From: Mobula birostris
Lineage: Eukaryota
Direction of reading: 5' to 3'
NCBI RefSeq assembly: GCF_030028105.1
Contig: NC_092389.1
Span: forward strand, 6,657,835-6,721,834
DNA: 64,000 bases
The notes under the pieces are model-generated. The model saw nothing but the letters and a program-made list of their open reading frames with translations. It was not told the origin of the DNA and did no database searches. Positions 26,625-38,435 of the stretch are shown here, in pieces (the first letter of the stretch is position 1; the number at the start of each line of letters is the position of its first letter). A program made the position numbers and the translations under genes.

Positions 26625-26958
26625 GAGGACCACAACCTTGCCATGATTTGGAGACATGCGTGCCTCAATGACCTAGAGAGCTATGTTGGCTGGAGTCAAG
26701 GCCTTATGCTTTGGCCCTTGGTAGGGTCAGCCATTCCAAACAGGTCAAAGGGCAGAGGCCAGACTAAGCATGGTTCACCAGTCCTTCAGGTTTGAGGGTT
26801 CAGCTCAGGGCCAACAACTCTGACTGAGCAAACACAAAATTGCTATGGAAGCAGCAATGAAGAATCCTTCTACATCTGTGTGTGATGGTCCAAGGACAGA
26901 CAGAGATGGAGGACCTTCACTGTTGCCCTAATTGGCAGAGGCATAATGGATAGCAATG
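26625..26958 (+). mobile_element. Probable RTE-derived bipartite non-autonomous element
   Basis: RTE 5'-UTR-like segment (gggttcagctcagggccaacaactc) joined to an RTE-like 3' end (aggacagacagagatggagg...gccct). Confidence 0.45.
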
Positions 26959-27253
26959 TAAGGGGAAATGGGACTAACTCATGGGGAAAACCTGGTCAGC
27001 ACAGGCGAGTTGGGCTAAAGGGCTTGTTTCCATGATGTATAACTTTATGGCTATCCAAAGTACATCACAGATAATGGAAATGTCCAAAAATGGAATGATG
27101 CCTGAAGGCTCAGTTCCCATTTTACTGTTTATTTTGAAAACCTTAAACACTTCAGGAGCAATTTTATCATAACACCTCTTATACAGAATATCAGAAAACT
27201 GCAAAGTGACTTCCCTTGATTGTACAGCCCATTGGCACGTGTTGAGCCTTATA

Positions 27254-27773
27254 CACTCAGTGCCCACTTTGTTAGGTACACCTGTATACCTGCTTGTTAA
27301 TGCAAATATCTAATCATCCAATCATGTGACAGCAACTCAATGCCCAAAAGTATGCAGACATGGTCAAGAGGTTCAGTTGTTACTCAGACCAAACATCAGA
27401 ATGGGGAAGAAATGTGATCTAAGTGACTTTGACCTTGGAATGATTGTTGTTGACAGATGGGGTGGTTTGAGTGTCTTAGAAAATGCTGATTTCCTGAGAT
27501 TTTCATGCCCAACAGCCTCTAGAGTTTACAGAGTGGTGTGAAAAGCAAAAAACATCCAGTTCTATAGTTGAAAATGCTTTGTTAATGAGCGAGGTCAGAG
27601 GAGAATGGCCAGACTGGTTCAAGCTGACAGGAAGGCGACAGTAACTCAAGTAACCACACGTGACAACAGTGGCGTGCAGAAGAGCATCTCTGAAAGAGTG
27701 AGCGGAAGACCACGTACACTCGATGGCCACGTGATTGGGTACAGGAGGTATCTAATAAAGTGGGCACTGAGTG
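27254..27773 (+). mobile_element. Non-autonomous Tc1-like DNA transposon, complete ends
   Basis: TIRs cactcagtgcccacttt / aaagtgggcactgagtg with TA on both sides. Encodes a transposase N-terminus MGKKCDLSDFDLGMIV..SRVYR. Confidence 0.88.
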
Positions 27774-28650
27774 TAATTCTTCTTTCGTGTTTGCCTGGAA
27801 GATAATGCATGAGATTTTTGAAACAGGTGCTACTCATGCACCAATATAACTATTTACAGGTGAATGTTACAAAACAAAGAGAATTGAAGGTTAAGAAAAA
27901 ACTGCCTTTCCATATTATCCCTCCCTCCCTTAGCATTGGCAAATTCTACGCAGTCCTACAGTTCAATAATCTGAGCATTAATTACCAAGTGGAAAATTTC
28001 CACAGGGATCGTTTGCAAGGTAAATGCCTTTTCTGAAAGAGGCCTTTAGAGACATAATTACTTTGGAAATCAGGCTCTTAACACACAGCCATTAACAAGC
28101 CATTGTGCTATGGGAATAAGCACTGAAAATTGATTTTGAATGAGATGGCCCTTAAAATGGACATCTAATACAAGGATTATGTCATTACCATCAATAGACA
28201 TAATTAACATGATCACAAATGAAGCTAGCAAGATCATCTAAATAGTTGAAAATAAAATTTATTACTGCAACAAAAAGAAATATCAACTTCTGTTGGTGAT
28301 ACAGGCAGGGAAAGTTGATCAATAGTGCTAAATGTTCCATATAATAGCAGCAGATATTATGCATTGTTTCCATAATTCAGTTTCATTTAATTTTGTAAAT
28401 GGAGACAATATGTTTCTGCCGCTATTTAGAGCTGCATACTAGGGTTGAATTTCTGAGCGTATTTGTCAGTTCTCTTCTGTACATAAAATCCATCCACAGA
28501 AATCAAGTCTTGCTGGCTGGTCTGTAATAATGCTGTCTGAAGAATGTCTGATGAGTTTCACTCGACTGTTCTTCCCCAGTATTCCTGCAGATTTGGTGAA
28601 GGGCATGTGGATGATGTAGTTAACCCATCGGAATTAACTGAGAGTAATTA

Positions 28651-29443
28651 CGTTCAGTGGCTACCTTATTAGTTACCTGTGCGTAATAAAGTGGCCACTG
28701 AATGGGTGTTAGTGGTCTTCTGCTGCTATTGAATCCACTTTGTAGTTCAACATCTGCGTTCAGAGATACTCTTTTGCATACCACTGTTTTAATATGTTAT
28801 TTGAGTTACAGTCACCTTCCTTGATTGAAGGACGTCCATTTAGAACAGAGATGCAGTGAAATTACTTTAGTCAGAGGGTGGTAAATCTGTGGAATTTGTT
28901 GCTACGCGCGGCTGTGGAGGCCATGTCATTGGGTGCATTTAAGGCAGAGATAGATAGGTTCTTGATTAGCCAGGGCTTCAAAGGGTATGGGGAGAAGGCA
29001 GGGGAGTAAGGATGTCTGGAAGAATTGGATCAGCCCATGATTGAATGGCGGAGCAGACTCGATAGGCCGAATGGCCTACTTCTGCTCCTATATCTTATGG
29101 TCTTATGGCCATTCTCTTCTGACTTCTCTCATTAACAGCTGCTCACTGGATAATTTTTGTTTTTCACACCATTCGCTGTTAACTCTAGAGACTGTTGTGG
29201 GTGAAAATCCCTGGAGATCAGCAGTTTCTGAGATACTCAAACCACCCTTTCTGGCACCAACAACCATTCCACGGTCAAAGTCACTCAGATCACATTTCTT
29301 CCCCATTCTGATATTTGGTCTGAACTACAAGTGAACCTCTGCATGCTGTTATGCATTGAATTGCTGCCACACAATTGGCTGGTTAGATACTTGTATTAAT
29401 GAGCAGGTGCACAGGTATACCTAATAAAGTGGCCACTGATTGT
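28651..29443 (-). mobile_element. Non-autonomous Tc1-like element with a nested CR1 3' fragment (~28821-29107)
   Basis: ORF 29103..29306 MGKKCDLSDFDRGMVVGARKGGLSISETADL. TIRs at both ends. Confidence 0.85.
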
Positions 29444-29532
29444 ATACGGGTTACGTGTTTTTGATAAAGTGGAATTCTTATCATCCCAAGAGTTCTATGG
29501 GTAATTGTTGAAATCTGTTCTGTTATTTTTAG

Positions 29533-29690
29533 GAAATGTCGGTTACAGTACATCAGTTCAGAATTCAACCGTACATCAGTTAATGGAGGCTCTACTGTGG
29601 GACTATGACAAAGGAGTCCGACCAGTTAAAGACTGGACCCAGCCCACAACCATTTATATTGACTTCATTCTTCATGCTGTGCTAGATGTG
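29533..29690 (+). CDS. HTR3B: HTR3B exon 2 (GNVGYSTSVQNSTVHQLMEALLWDYDKGVRPVKDWTQPTTIYIDFILHAVLDV)
   Basis: Acceptor ttttag and donor GTG|gtaaac. Y-x-KGVRPV-x-DW motif of the 5-HT3 N-terminal domain. Confidence 0.95.
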
Positions 29691-29824
29691 GTAAACTATT
29701 CACATAAAAATACATATTTGTACAACTGGATTTACTTTTAATTAATCTATCATCACAAATACAGTAAGAATATTGTAAAGATCTGTACAATATATAAGGC
29801 TGTATGTGAGAAGATGTGAAGATG

Positions 29825-30520
29825 TCTTTTTAGAACAGAGATGAGGAGGAGTTTCTTTAGCCAGAGGGTGGTGAATCTGTGGAATTTATTGTCATAGGTG
29901 GCTGTGGAGGCCAAGTTTTTGGGTATATTTAAAGTGGTGGTTGATAGGTTCTTGATAAGGAATTGATAAGTTCTTCATTGGTGGTTGATAAATGTTACAA
30001 GGAGAAGGCAAGAGAATTGGGTTGAGAGGTATATTAAATCAGCTATGGTGGGCCCAATTCTGCTCCGATGTCTTATGGTCATATGGCCTCATGTCTTATG
30101 AAGATTGGGTGAGAAATCTAGGGCTTAACTCTTTGGAGCAAATGAGGATGAGAGGAGACTTGATTGAGGTTTACAAGATGATAAGATGCATAGATTGAGT
30201 GGATACCCTGCAACCTTTTAACCAGGGTGGAAATGGCTAATATCAAGGGACATAATTTTAAGGTGATTGGAGGAAAGTATAGGAGGGATGTCAAGGGTAG
30301 GTTTTTTACACAGAGAGTGGTGGGTATGTGGCAGGGGCAGATACATTACGGGCAGATACACTAAGAAGCTCTTAGATAGGCACATAAATAATAGAAAAAT
30401 GGAGGGCTATGTGGGAAGGAAGGGCTAGATTGATCATAGAGTAGGTTAAAAGGTTGACACAATATTGTGGGCCGAACAGCCTGTACTGTACTGGAGTGTT
30501 CTATGTTCTATGCTTCATGT
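29825..30520 (+). mobile_element. Two CR1 3' fragments in HTR3B intron 2
   Basis: Encode FFSQRVVNLW and RMRGDLIEVYKM. End in a (TTCTATG)n tail. Confidence 0.75.
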
Positions 30521-30591
30521 TCTATTTATTGGATCCTTACTTACAATCACTTTTTGGCCAATGAAGTATTTTTGATAAGATGTCACAGCCA

Positions 30592-30792
30592 AAGTGTGGA
30601 GTAGTGTCATCAGCACCAGACTTTGAGGCGAGTAATCACGGGTTCGAATCCTGCCAGCTCCTTGCACACTTTCCATCCATGCTGGGTTGAGCGTTGAGCT
30701 AGCAACTCGGCCTTGTAAAAAATAGACAAAATGCTTAAGAAACAGCAAGGTTGCCACCCGATGCACCACAAGCTGCGGAGGGGAATAACATA
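30592..30792 (+). mobile_element. tRNA-derived SINE with RTE-like middle body
   Basis: Pol III B box GGTTCGAATCC, then tgggttgagcgttgagctagcaactcggccttgtaaaa. Confidence 0.6.
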
Positions 30793-31267
30793 ATAGATAA
30801 ATACTTAACAACAGCAATATTAAAATAACCACATAATCAGCTTTAGCATTGTTGGTTGAGGGTTACGTATTGATCAGGGCACGAGGGAAAACTGCACTGT
30901 CTTTATGAGAAGTTTATGTGAAAGTGGGTTGATCTTTGCTGACAAGTGGTAGCCTGAAGTTGAAACTGTTACCCAGTTCGTAAGACCATAAGACATAGGA
31001 GCAGAATTAGGCTGGTCACCCTTCGAGTTCAGCTCTGGGATGGTCAGATTAGACTTCTTTTTGCCTTTGTGTACAGCATAGGGTTAATGTCTCAATTACA
31101 AAGCCCTGATAAAGCTAGCATATACACAACAATTTTAGCCTGGGAAGCTAAAAAAGAGTTTGTCTAATGTTCACATGTACTGTATGCTTACACTTCTGCA
31201 TAAAAATATATTTTTAATATGCATTGTCTTTGCTCTTCACAAAAGGTCTTTCATTATTATCTTTCAG

Positions 31268-31312
31268 GATGGCCAAAACCAAAAACTGACGACAAGTGTC
31301 TGGTACCGACAG
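31268..31312 (+). CDS. HTR3B: HTR3B exon 3 (DGQNQKLTTSVWYRQ)
   Basis: 45-nt exon typical of Cys-loop receptors, bounded by tttcag / gtaagc. Contains the loop D Trp. Confidence 0.95.
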
Positions 31313-31499
31313 GTAAGCATTCAATCAAATATTTTCAATCTGTCTAGTATTATCAGCTTCCCACGAACACTCACAGATCCAAAGGTAATCAGTTCATTTT
31401 AGCAACAGCACCCTGGATATCAGCACAGGACAGACAACGATCTAACATCACCTCCAGAGATCAGACGCAGGGAAGACAACCCTTGAACAAACCTAACCG

Positions 31500-31770
31500 G
31501 GTTGCGGTGTCAGTGAACTGGGTTCAATTCCTTCTGCTGTCTGTAAGGAGTTTGAACGTTCTCCCTGTGACCGTGTGGGTTTCCTCCGGGTGCTCCAGTT
31601 TCCTCCCACAGTCCAAAGATGTACCAATTGGTAGGTTAATTGGTCAATGTAAATTGTTGCCTGATTAGGCCAGGATTAAATTGGGGATTGCTGGGTGGTG
31701 TGGCCTGAAGGGCCGAGAGGGCCTATTCTGTGCTGTATCTCAATCAATCAATCAATCAATAAGTAAATAA
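31500..31770 (+). mobile_element. V-SINE (HE1-like)
   Basis: V-domain gggtttcctccgggtgctccagtttcctcccacagtccaaaga, CR1-like tail and (TCAA)n end. Confidence 0.8.
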
Positions 31771-32068
31771 ATTAATATATATATAAATAAACAAATAGCC
31801 CAACTCTGGAATGGACAGAAAAATAAAAGTTCACACATGTTCATATTGAAGGCACAGCCTAAGGGGCTTATATTTACTCTCACTCCTACCTGTTATATTT
31901 ACCAATTCCACCTCTTCCCTCTCATCTGTACAAGCCTGAATTTGAACACAGTTGGTATCCTCGTCAACAACATTCTATTCCCAATTTTCTGATCTCATAC
32001 AGTTTATTCTAAAGAACAACCATATCAAACGTGCATGCTCACACAGCCCTCTCTCATTCTTACTGCAG

Positions 32069-32178
32069 CTATGGATGGACGAGCACCTGGTATGGAATGC
32101 ATCAAGTTTTGATGGGATCAATGAAATTTCTCTGCCTGTTGACGCAATCTGGATCCCTGACATAATCATTCAAGAATT
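32069..32178 (+). CDS. HTR3B: HTR3B exon 4 (LWMDEHLVWNASSFDGINEISLPVDAIWIPDIIIQEF)
   Basis: 110-nt exon with the WxPD loop A motif, bounded by ctgcag / gtaagc. Confidence 0.96.
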
Positions 32179-33297
32179 GTAAGCAACTGGCATGACGCAT
32201 GTTTTCTGAGAAAATTTCAACTTTTCACCAAATAAATTTGTTTATTATCCAAAGGAATGACCTGCACATCTTCCCAGAAACTCTCAAAGCACTAAACAGA
32301 CACAAATGAAGCACATTGTATTTGTACCAGAGGGGCATCATGTTTGTACTTGTAGGAAATAGTGCAAAGCAAGTTCCCGCAAATACCATAAATACCAATC
32401 TATTTTAATATTAAGTATAATATTAGAAGTTATATAATATCCAATATTCAATGGTTCTATTTAATGTCAGAGAATGTATACAAGATACAACCTGAAATTC
32501 TTACTCTCAGCAGACATCCTCAAAACAGAAGAAAAACCCCAAAGCACGAATGACAGGAAAAAAAACATAAGAAGCCCAAACCCCCTGCCCCCTCCCACAC
32601 ACAAGCAGCAGCAAAGCAGCGTCAACCCTTCCCCCACATATTGTAGCAGAAAGCATCAGCACCCCCACCACCCACCATGTAAGCAACAGCAAAGCCCCAA
32701 AGAGAGAGAGACCATGGTCTACAGTCTATCAAAAAACTAACTGTTCATCCCAACAGTTTGACGTCGCACAGGCTCTCTCTCTCTCTCTCTCACTAACAAG
32801 GGAACCTTGTTTAATGTCCCATCTGAAAGTATTTAGATATCAGTTGTTGCAGTACTTGCTAGGTAATATACTGAAGGTTTGTATGGTTTGACGACTGTGA
32901 CATGTCTGGAGCTTAGCCATGACTGATGGGATATAGCCCCCACAAGCTGGGAGTCTACAGTCCAAATGATGCTCAGAGCATTCAATGCATCTCAATCACA
33001 AACCCACTTCATTTATCTCTGTATGTATTCTCAAAGCCCTTTAACTTGCTAATAAATTCTAAACTTCATGAGGGTGAAAGTCTGGATCTATTTTTTCCTC
33101 GGCAATGTAGATTTCAGTGAGGGCTGCATTGCTTAAGAAGCTACCCATGTTGTAAATTTAATTTCACCTCACAGGCACAGCCTTGGATTACTTTACTCAC
33201 TCTGTGTGTTCCGATCTTGTTAACAATCTGAATTTTCACTTATAAGTTTTTTTTGTTAGCTTGGTGATAAACGAATTTCATTATTTTCCTCTTACAG

Positions 33298-33467
33298 TAT
33301 CGATGTCAGCAAATCACCTTATTTGCCCTATGTATACGTGAATGCCTCTGGTGCTGTTAAAAACTACAAGCCAATGCAGGTTGTCTCTGCCTGCAACCTG
33401 GAGATCTACGCCTTTCCATTTGACAAACAGAACTGCACCTTCACGTTCTGCAGCTGGTTGCACACAG
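33298..33467 (+). CDS. HTR3B: HTR3B exon 5 (Cys-loop CNLEIYAFPFDKQNC)
   Basis: 170-nt exon with the C-x13-C loop containing FPFD, followed by SWLHT. Bounded by ttacag / gtgggc. Confidence 0.97.
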
Positions 33468-36400
33468 GTGGGCAGAGAAAAGTACCTTACAATCATACAG
33501 GAGTTCAACATAGGAAACAGTCAAGGCCAATACTCAGAAAACTGGAGCAATGCTCCAAGTCGGGCAGAATCTATGGAGAGAAATGGTTAGTTGACATTTC
33601 ACGTCAAAGCCTTTCATCTGTTCAAATGAAAGGTCTCAACCTGAAACGTCAACTGTACGTTTCCCTTCATAGATGCTGCCTGACCTGCTGTGTTGCTCCA
33701 GTTTCCAGCATCCATAATCTCCTGCCCCTTTAAAACATCAACAGGGCCATTATTGGGCGAAACGCAGCAGTGAGAGGTGCTACAAACTCCAAACTTGGAA
33801 AGCTCACTTCAACTGGTTATTTTGTTCTATTACCCCGTAATCTCTCCCAGCGCATTGCAAACCTTCCCTTCAGTTCTTTTCTTCCTTTATCTGTATTTCA
33901 GAATCCATTTACCTCTGATGATTCCCATTGGTGATGAAAGCTCAGCAAACTGAAATATTAACTATCTTTCACTCTCAATCAAATGAACATTTTCCATCCT
34001 CAGTTTGGGGACATAATAACATTAGGAAAAGTCTGTGATAGAGTAGGTAGACAGGAGAAATTACATGACTGTCAAGAGGATCACTGAGGTCTCCCTCCCC
34101 CTTTATTTATGACATTTAGCAGGAGTGTTACAGACAAGGGGCATGTAGAAGCATTGTTGAGGATTCCTACCATCCATCCCGCAATCTCCTTGACCCACTA
34201 CCATCAGGAAGGAGGTACAGGAACATCAGAATTAGAACTGCCAGACTGGGTAACAGCTTCTTCCCTCAGGCTGTGAGACTAATCAATACTCTGCCACCAC
34301 CAAGGTCTCATCACTAGACAGCGAACTGTTCACTGCTTACTACTGCTGCACACTACATGCACTTTGAACTATATTTTATTAACTTGTTTGTAGTAATATT
34401 TAGTTTTATGTGCCCAGTCCTGAAGAAGGGCCTCAGCCCAAAATATTGGGCTGAAACTTCTCGGGCAAGAGCTACGGGAGCTTTAGGTCCCACACTACCA
34501 GGTCCAGGAATAGTTCACAACCATGAGGCTCCTTAATTGGTGTTGGTAACTTCACTCACCACAACTCTGAACCGATTCCACAATCTGCAGGTTCACTTCC
34601 AAGGACTCTACAACTCGTGTTCTCAATGCCATTTTTTCATTTGCACAGTTGGTCTTCTTTCGTACATTGGTTATTTGTCAATCTTCATTTATTTATAGCT
34701 TTTCAATAAATTGCATTGTATTTCTTTATTTTCCTGTACACGCCTGCAAGAAAATGAATCTCAAGGTGGTATATGGTCACACATAGGTGCTTTGATAATA
34801 AATTTACTTTGACTGTTGCCTTTGACTTTTCCTGGCAGTGTCCTTTCCTCATATCAAACACACCACCAAGAAAAATGTGTGGCCCTTTTTGCGAATTATG
34901 CACTTACATTGTAATTTGGATTTTGTTACAACATAAGTACCTTGGATGCTAAGTGGCAAAGACAAGGTAATGGAGACTACTTTTACAGAACTGGATGTAG
35001 AAAACTGATCAGAAAATAATTTTTAATGTGAATGTCTGAAGGGATGGAAATTATATTATGTAGGACACATGAGAACAGATAGATGACCACAAAATCAATG
35101 CTTAAATGGGGATTATTTGATGCAGAAAGTTTATCTGCTTTCCCTTGTCTCTCTACATTTTACTGTAAGCAGTTAGTATTTCAGACAACGTAAATTCAGT
35201 TCAGCATGATATCCCTTCACCTGAATATCATCAGTTTGGAGAAGAATTTTTTATAATAAATCATGTAGAGAAATTCATTATTTGTCCTTTGTACCAAGAA
35301 ATAAACTGAAATGCTTTGAACTCTTCTAATATTTAATTCTATTGACAGCAATAAAACTGAATTTCAGAAGTGGAGGTCAAAGCGCATTTAATGATTTCCA
35401 CTCCATTTTGTTTTAGACCACAAAAGAAATCCATTCTACATCTGTGCTGCCTGTCTCAGGGAACTATTTACAGAATCCCATTCTCTGGTGGTATCCCCCC
35501 TCCCCCCACCAGCCACTCATTTCTTCTCCTGCCTTTTATTTATTTTTCCACTTCCCTTTTAAAAGCATAACTCTCTCCATAGTTTTACAGTTTATTCTGC
35601 ATTTTTATTGTTCTCAATGCACTGTGTAATGATTTGGTCTGTATGAACAGTGTTCAACACAAGCTTTTCACCGATTGTGGTACATACGCAAAAAGTACAT
35701 TACATTTCCAAAACAACAACACACACAAAATGCTGGAGGAACTCAGCAGGCCAGGCAGAATCTATGGAAAAAAGTAAGGTCGACTGTACTTTTTCACTTT
35801 CTTCCATAAATGCTGACAACCTGTTGCTCGGATTTCCAGCATCTGCAGATTTTTTTCTTGTTTCCAATTCCAATACCACTTTTTCCTACAGTACTTTCAA
35901 AGTTCTAATTCTGATTAGAACACTGCATAAAAGAATCTTCCTAACCTCTCAAAATTTCTTACTTTTTAATTTATTAAACCTCTAACCTGTGGAAATTAGA
36001 ATTTTGCTACTTTATCTTTTTAAAACCTTTTTATAATGTTCAATTCCCTCACAGACATAAAGGATTCAATAAGATAGAGAAATTGTTTCCACTTGTGAAG
36101 GGGACTTCAAAGTAGCACTTTCCAAAACATATGATAAACGCAAGAGATTCTACAGATGCTGGAAATCCAAGCAACACGCACAAAATGCTGGAGGAACTCA
36201 GAAGGCCAGGCAGCGTCTATGGTAATGAATAAACAGTCGATGTTTCAGGCTCCTGCCAATAGACTCTCTGGGAAGTTCAAGAGAGAGTTTCTACTCAAAG
36301 TGGAGTTATTTCCAAGTTTTAACCATTAAAAAGAAACATGGACACCTTCAAGGGGAAGCTAAATAAACACAGACAAGAGAAGGTAACAAACGGAAGTGCT

Positions 36401-36648
36401 GATGGGATGAGATCAAGTAGGTGGGAGGAGACTAGAGTAAAGAATAAGCAACCATTTAAAATCAGTTGAGCCATGCTTCAGATTTTAAATTCACTTAAAA
36501 CTCTTCTCTAATGAATAAACCTTCCCTAATGAATTAACTGCCTGTAGGGTAATTCAGGATGGATATTAGTGTTATTATCCAATGAACAAATAATAAAAAT
36601 ATTGCAATATCAAGTAATCTTGCCACTGTGCTCTCTCCTTTGTTGCAG

Positions 36649-36806
36649 TAAATGATGTCAACCTCAAGTTTTGGAGAAGTTTTGATGAGATTGAGAATGA
36701 TACTAGGGCATTTTTAGGTGACGGTGAGTGGGAGCTCCTCTCTGTCCCTTCCAAATATGAAAGGATACACGACAAAGGCAAAGATTATGCGCAAATTCAG
36801 TTTAAT
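36649..36806 (+). CDS. HTR3B: HTR3B exon 6 (VNDVNLKFWRSFDEIENDTRAFLGDGEWELLSVPSKYERIHDKGKDYAQIQFN)
   Basis: GEWELL motif and the HTR3B-type AQIQFN end. Bounded by ttgcag / gtaagt. Confidence 0.95.
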
Positions 36807-37559
36807 GTAAGTGGATCACTGAGATCACCTTAAGTTTGCAGGGTTAATGAATGCTGACAATTGATGAGCAAACACATATCATTCTCATTTTTGCAAAACA
36901 TTTTTATACCAAAATATTCCCAATGTATCAAAGAATATAAAAACGAGAAAAATCATGAATACAACAGCACAAGAAAAGGCATAAGCTAATGCCCTTATAT
37001 TATGCCATGAGATTTGGTTGCAAATGAATATACATGACTTCTTTATTAATTATTAAGTCATTATTATATACTGTGCTTACATATGTTATATATATACACA
37101 ACTTATGATTTATAGTTTTTTGTGTATTGCACAAAAAACATATTTCAGGACATATGCCAGTGATATTAAACCTGATTCTGATGAGCATAAGGTGCTGAGA
37201 TCACTCTAAATCTTCTTGAATGATGTAGAAGGCATATACAAGTTCCTATTTCCAATTGACTTCTAGATGATAGTCCCAGTAAGATTGCACCTTATATCAA
37301 TTTTGAAATATTAAGCCACAGTGGAGTAAAAGATAATCTGTCCAATTCTGACTCCACCCACCCTTCTCTCCCCCGCAGTCTTTTATTGGAATGTTTTGTG
37401 TGTATGTGGGGGGGGGGGGGGTTATTGATTGAGTGGGAGTTGATTCTCTGGCCTATTGGGCAATGGGAAAGCCATTCAGCATATTTCTCCCTTCCCCACC
37501 CTACAATAACGAACAGGGCTGTGAAAATAACTGGAATGTAACAACTGTTTGCTTTACAG

Positions 37560-37770
37560 ATTGTAATAAGACGAAGACCTCTGCTTTATGTAGTCAGTCT
37601 GTTGTTGCCCAGCATATTTCTGATGCTGGTAGATGTGACCAGCTACTTCCTGCCTCCAAGCAGCAGTGGCAGAATAACTTTCAAATCCAGCATCCTGCTT
37701 GGATACACGGTGTTCCGAATGAACCTAGACGATGAACTACCCATTACTGCTCTGCGCACCCCACTCATTG
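37560..37770 (+). CDS. HTR3B: HTR3B exon 7 (M1 and M2: IVIRRRPLLYVVSLLLPSIFLMLVD...RITFKSSILLGYTVFRMNLDDELP...TPLI)
   Basis: 211-nt exon. GYTVFRxN in M2 is the HTR3B signature (HTR3A has GYSVFLII). Confidence 0.96.
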
Positions 37771-37884
37771 GTAATGTGCTTTTTTAACAACATATATGGT
37801 ATCTATTGAACCACTGAATATTTAATACCAACTGATGAGTTGGAAATGTACGAGAGAGAAAGAAAATTTACTCATGAGACAGAA

Positions 37885-38435
37885 TCTAGACCATAAGTCC
37901 ATAAGATATAGGAGCAGAATTAGGCCATTTGGCCCATCAAGTCTGCTCTGCCATTTGATTTATTTTCCATCTCAATCCCATTCTCCTGCCTTCTCCCTGT
38001 ATCCTTTAACATCTTTACTAATCAAGAACCCATCAACTTCTGCTTTAAATATACCCAATGACTAGCCTCTGGCTAAAGAAATTTCTCCTCATTTCTGTCT
38101 TAAAGGGATGTCCTTGTATTCTGAGGCTGCGCCCTCTGATCTTAAACTACTCTGCTGTTATGAACATCCTCTCCAGATCCACTCTATCTAGGCCTTTCAG
38201 TATTCAATAGGTTTCAATGAGATCCCCCCTCATTCTTCTAAACTCCAGCAAGTACCGGCACAGAGCCATCAAATGCCCCTAAATACATCAGCCCTTTTAT
38301 TCCCGGAATCATTCTCGTGAACCTACTCTGGACCCTCTCCAATATCAGCACGTCCTTTCTCAGATAAGGGGCCCAAAACTGCTGACGGTACTCTGAATGT
38401 GGTCTGACCAATACCTTATAAAGCCTCAGTATTAC
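37885..38435 (-). mobile_element. CR1 LINE 3' fragment in HTR3B intron 7
   Basis: Reverse complement of the LYKVLVRPH..GDLIETY segment and the CR1 tail. Confidence 0.75.

Noticed and set aside
30592-30660. Possible tRNA gene (GGTTCGAATCC)
   Set aside because: No clean cloverleaf, and it continues into a SINE body.
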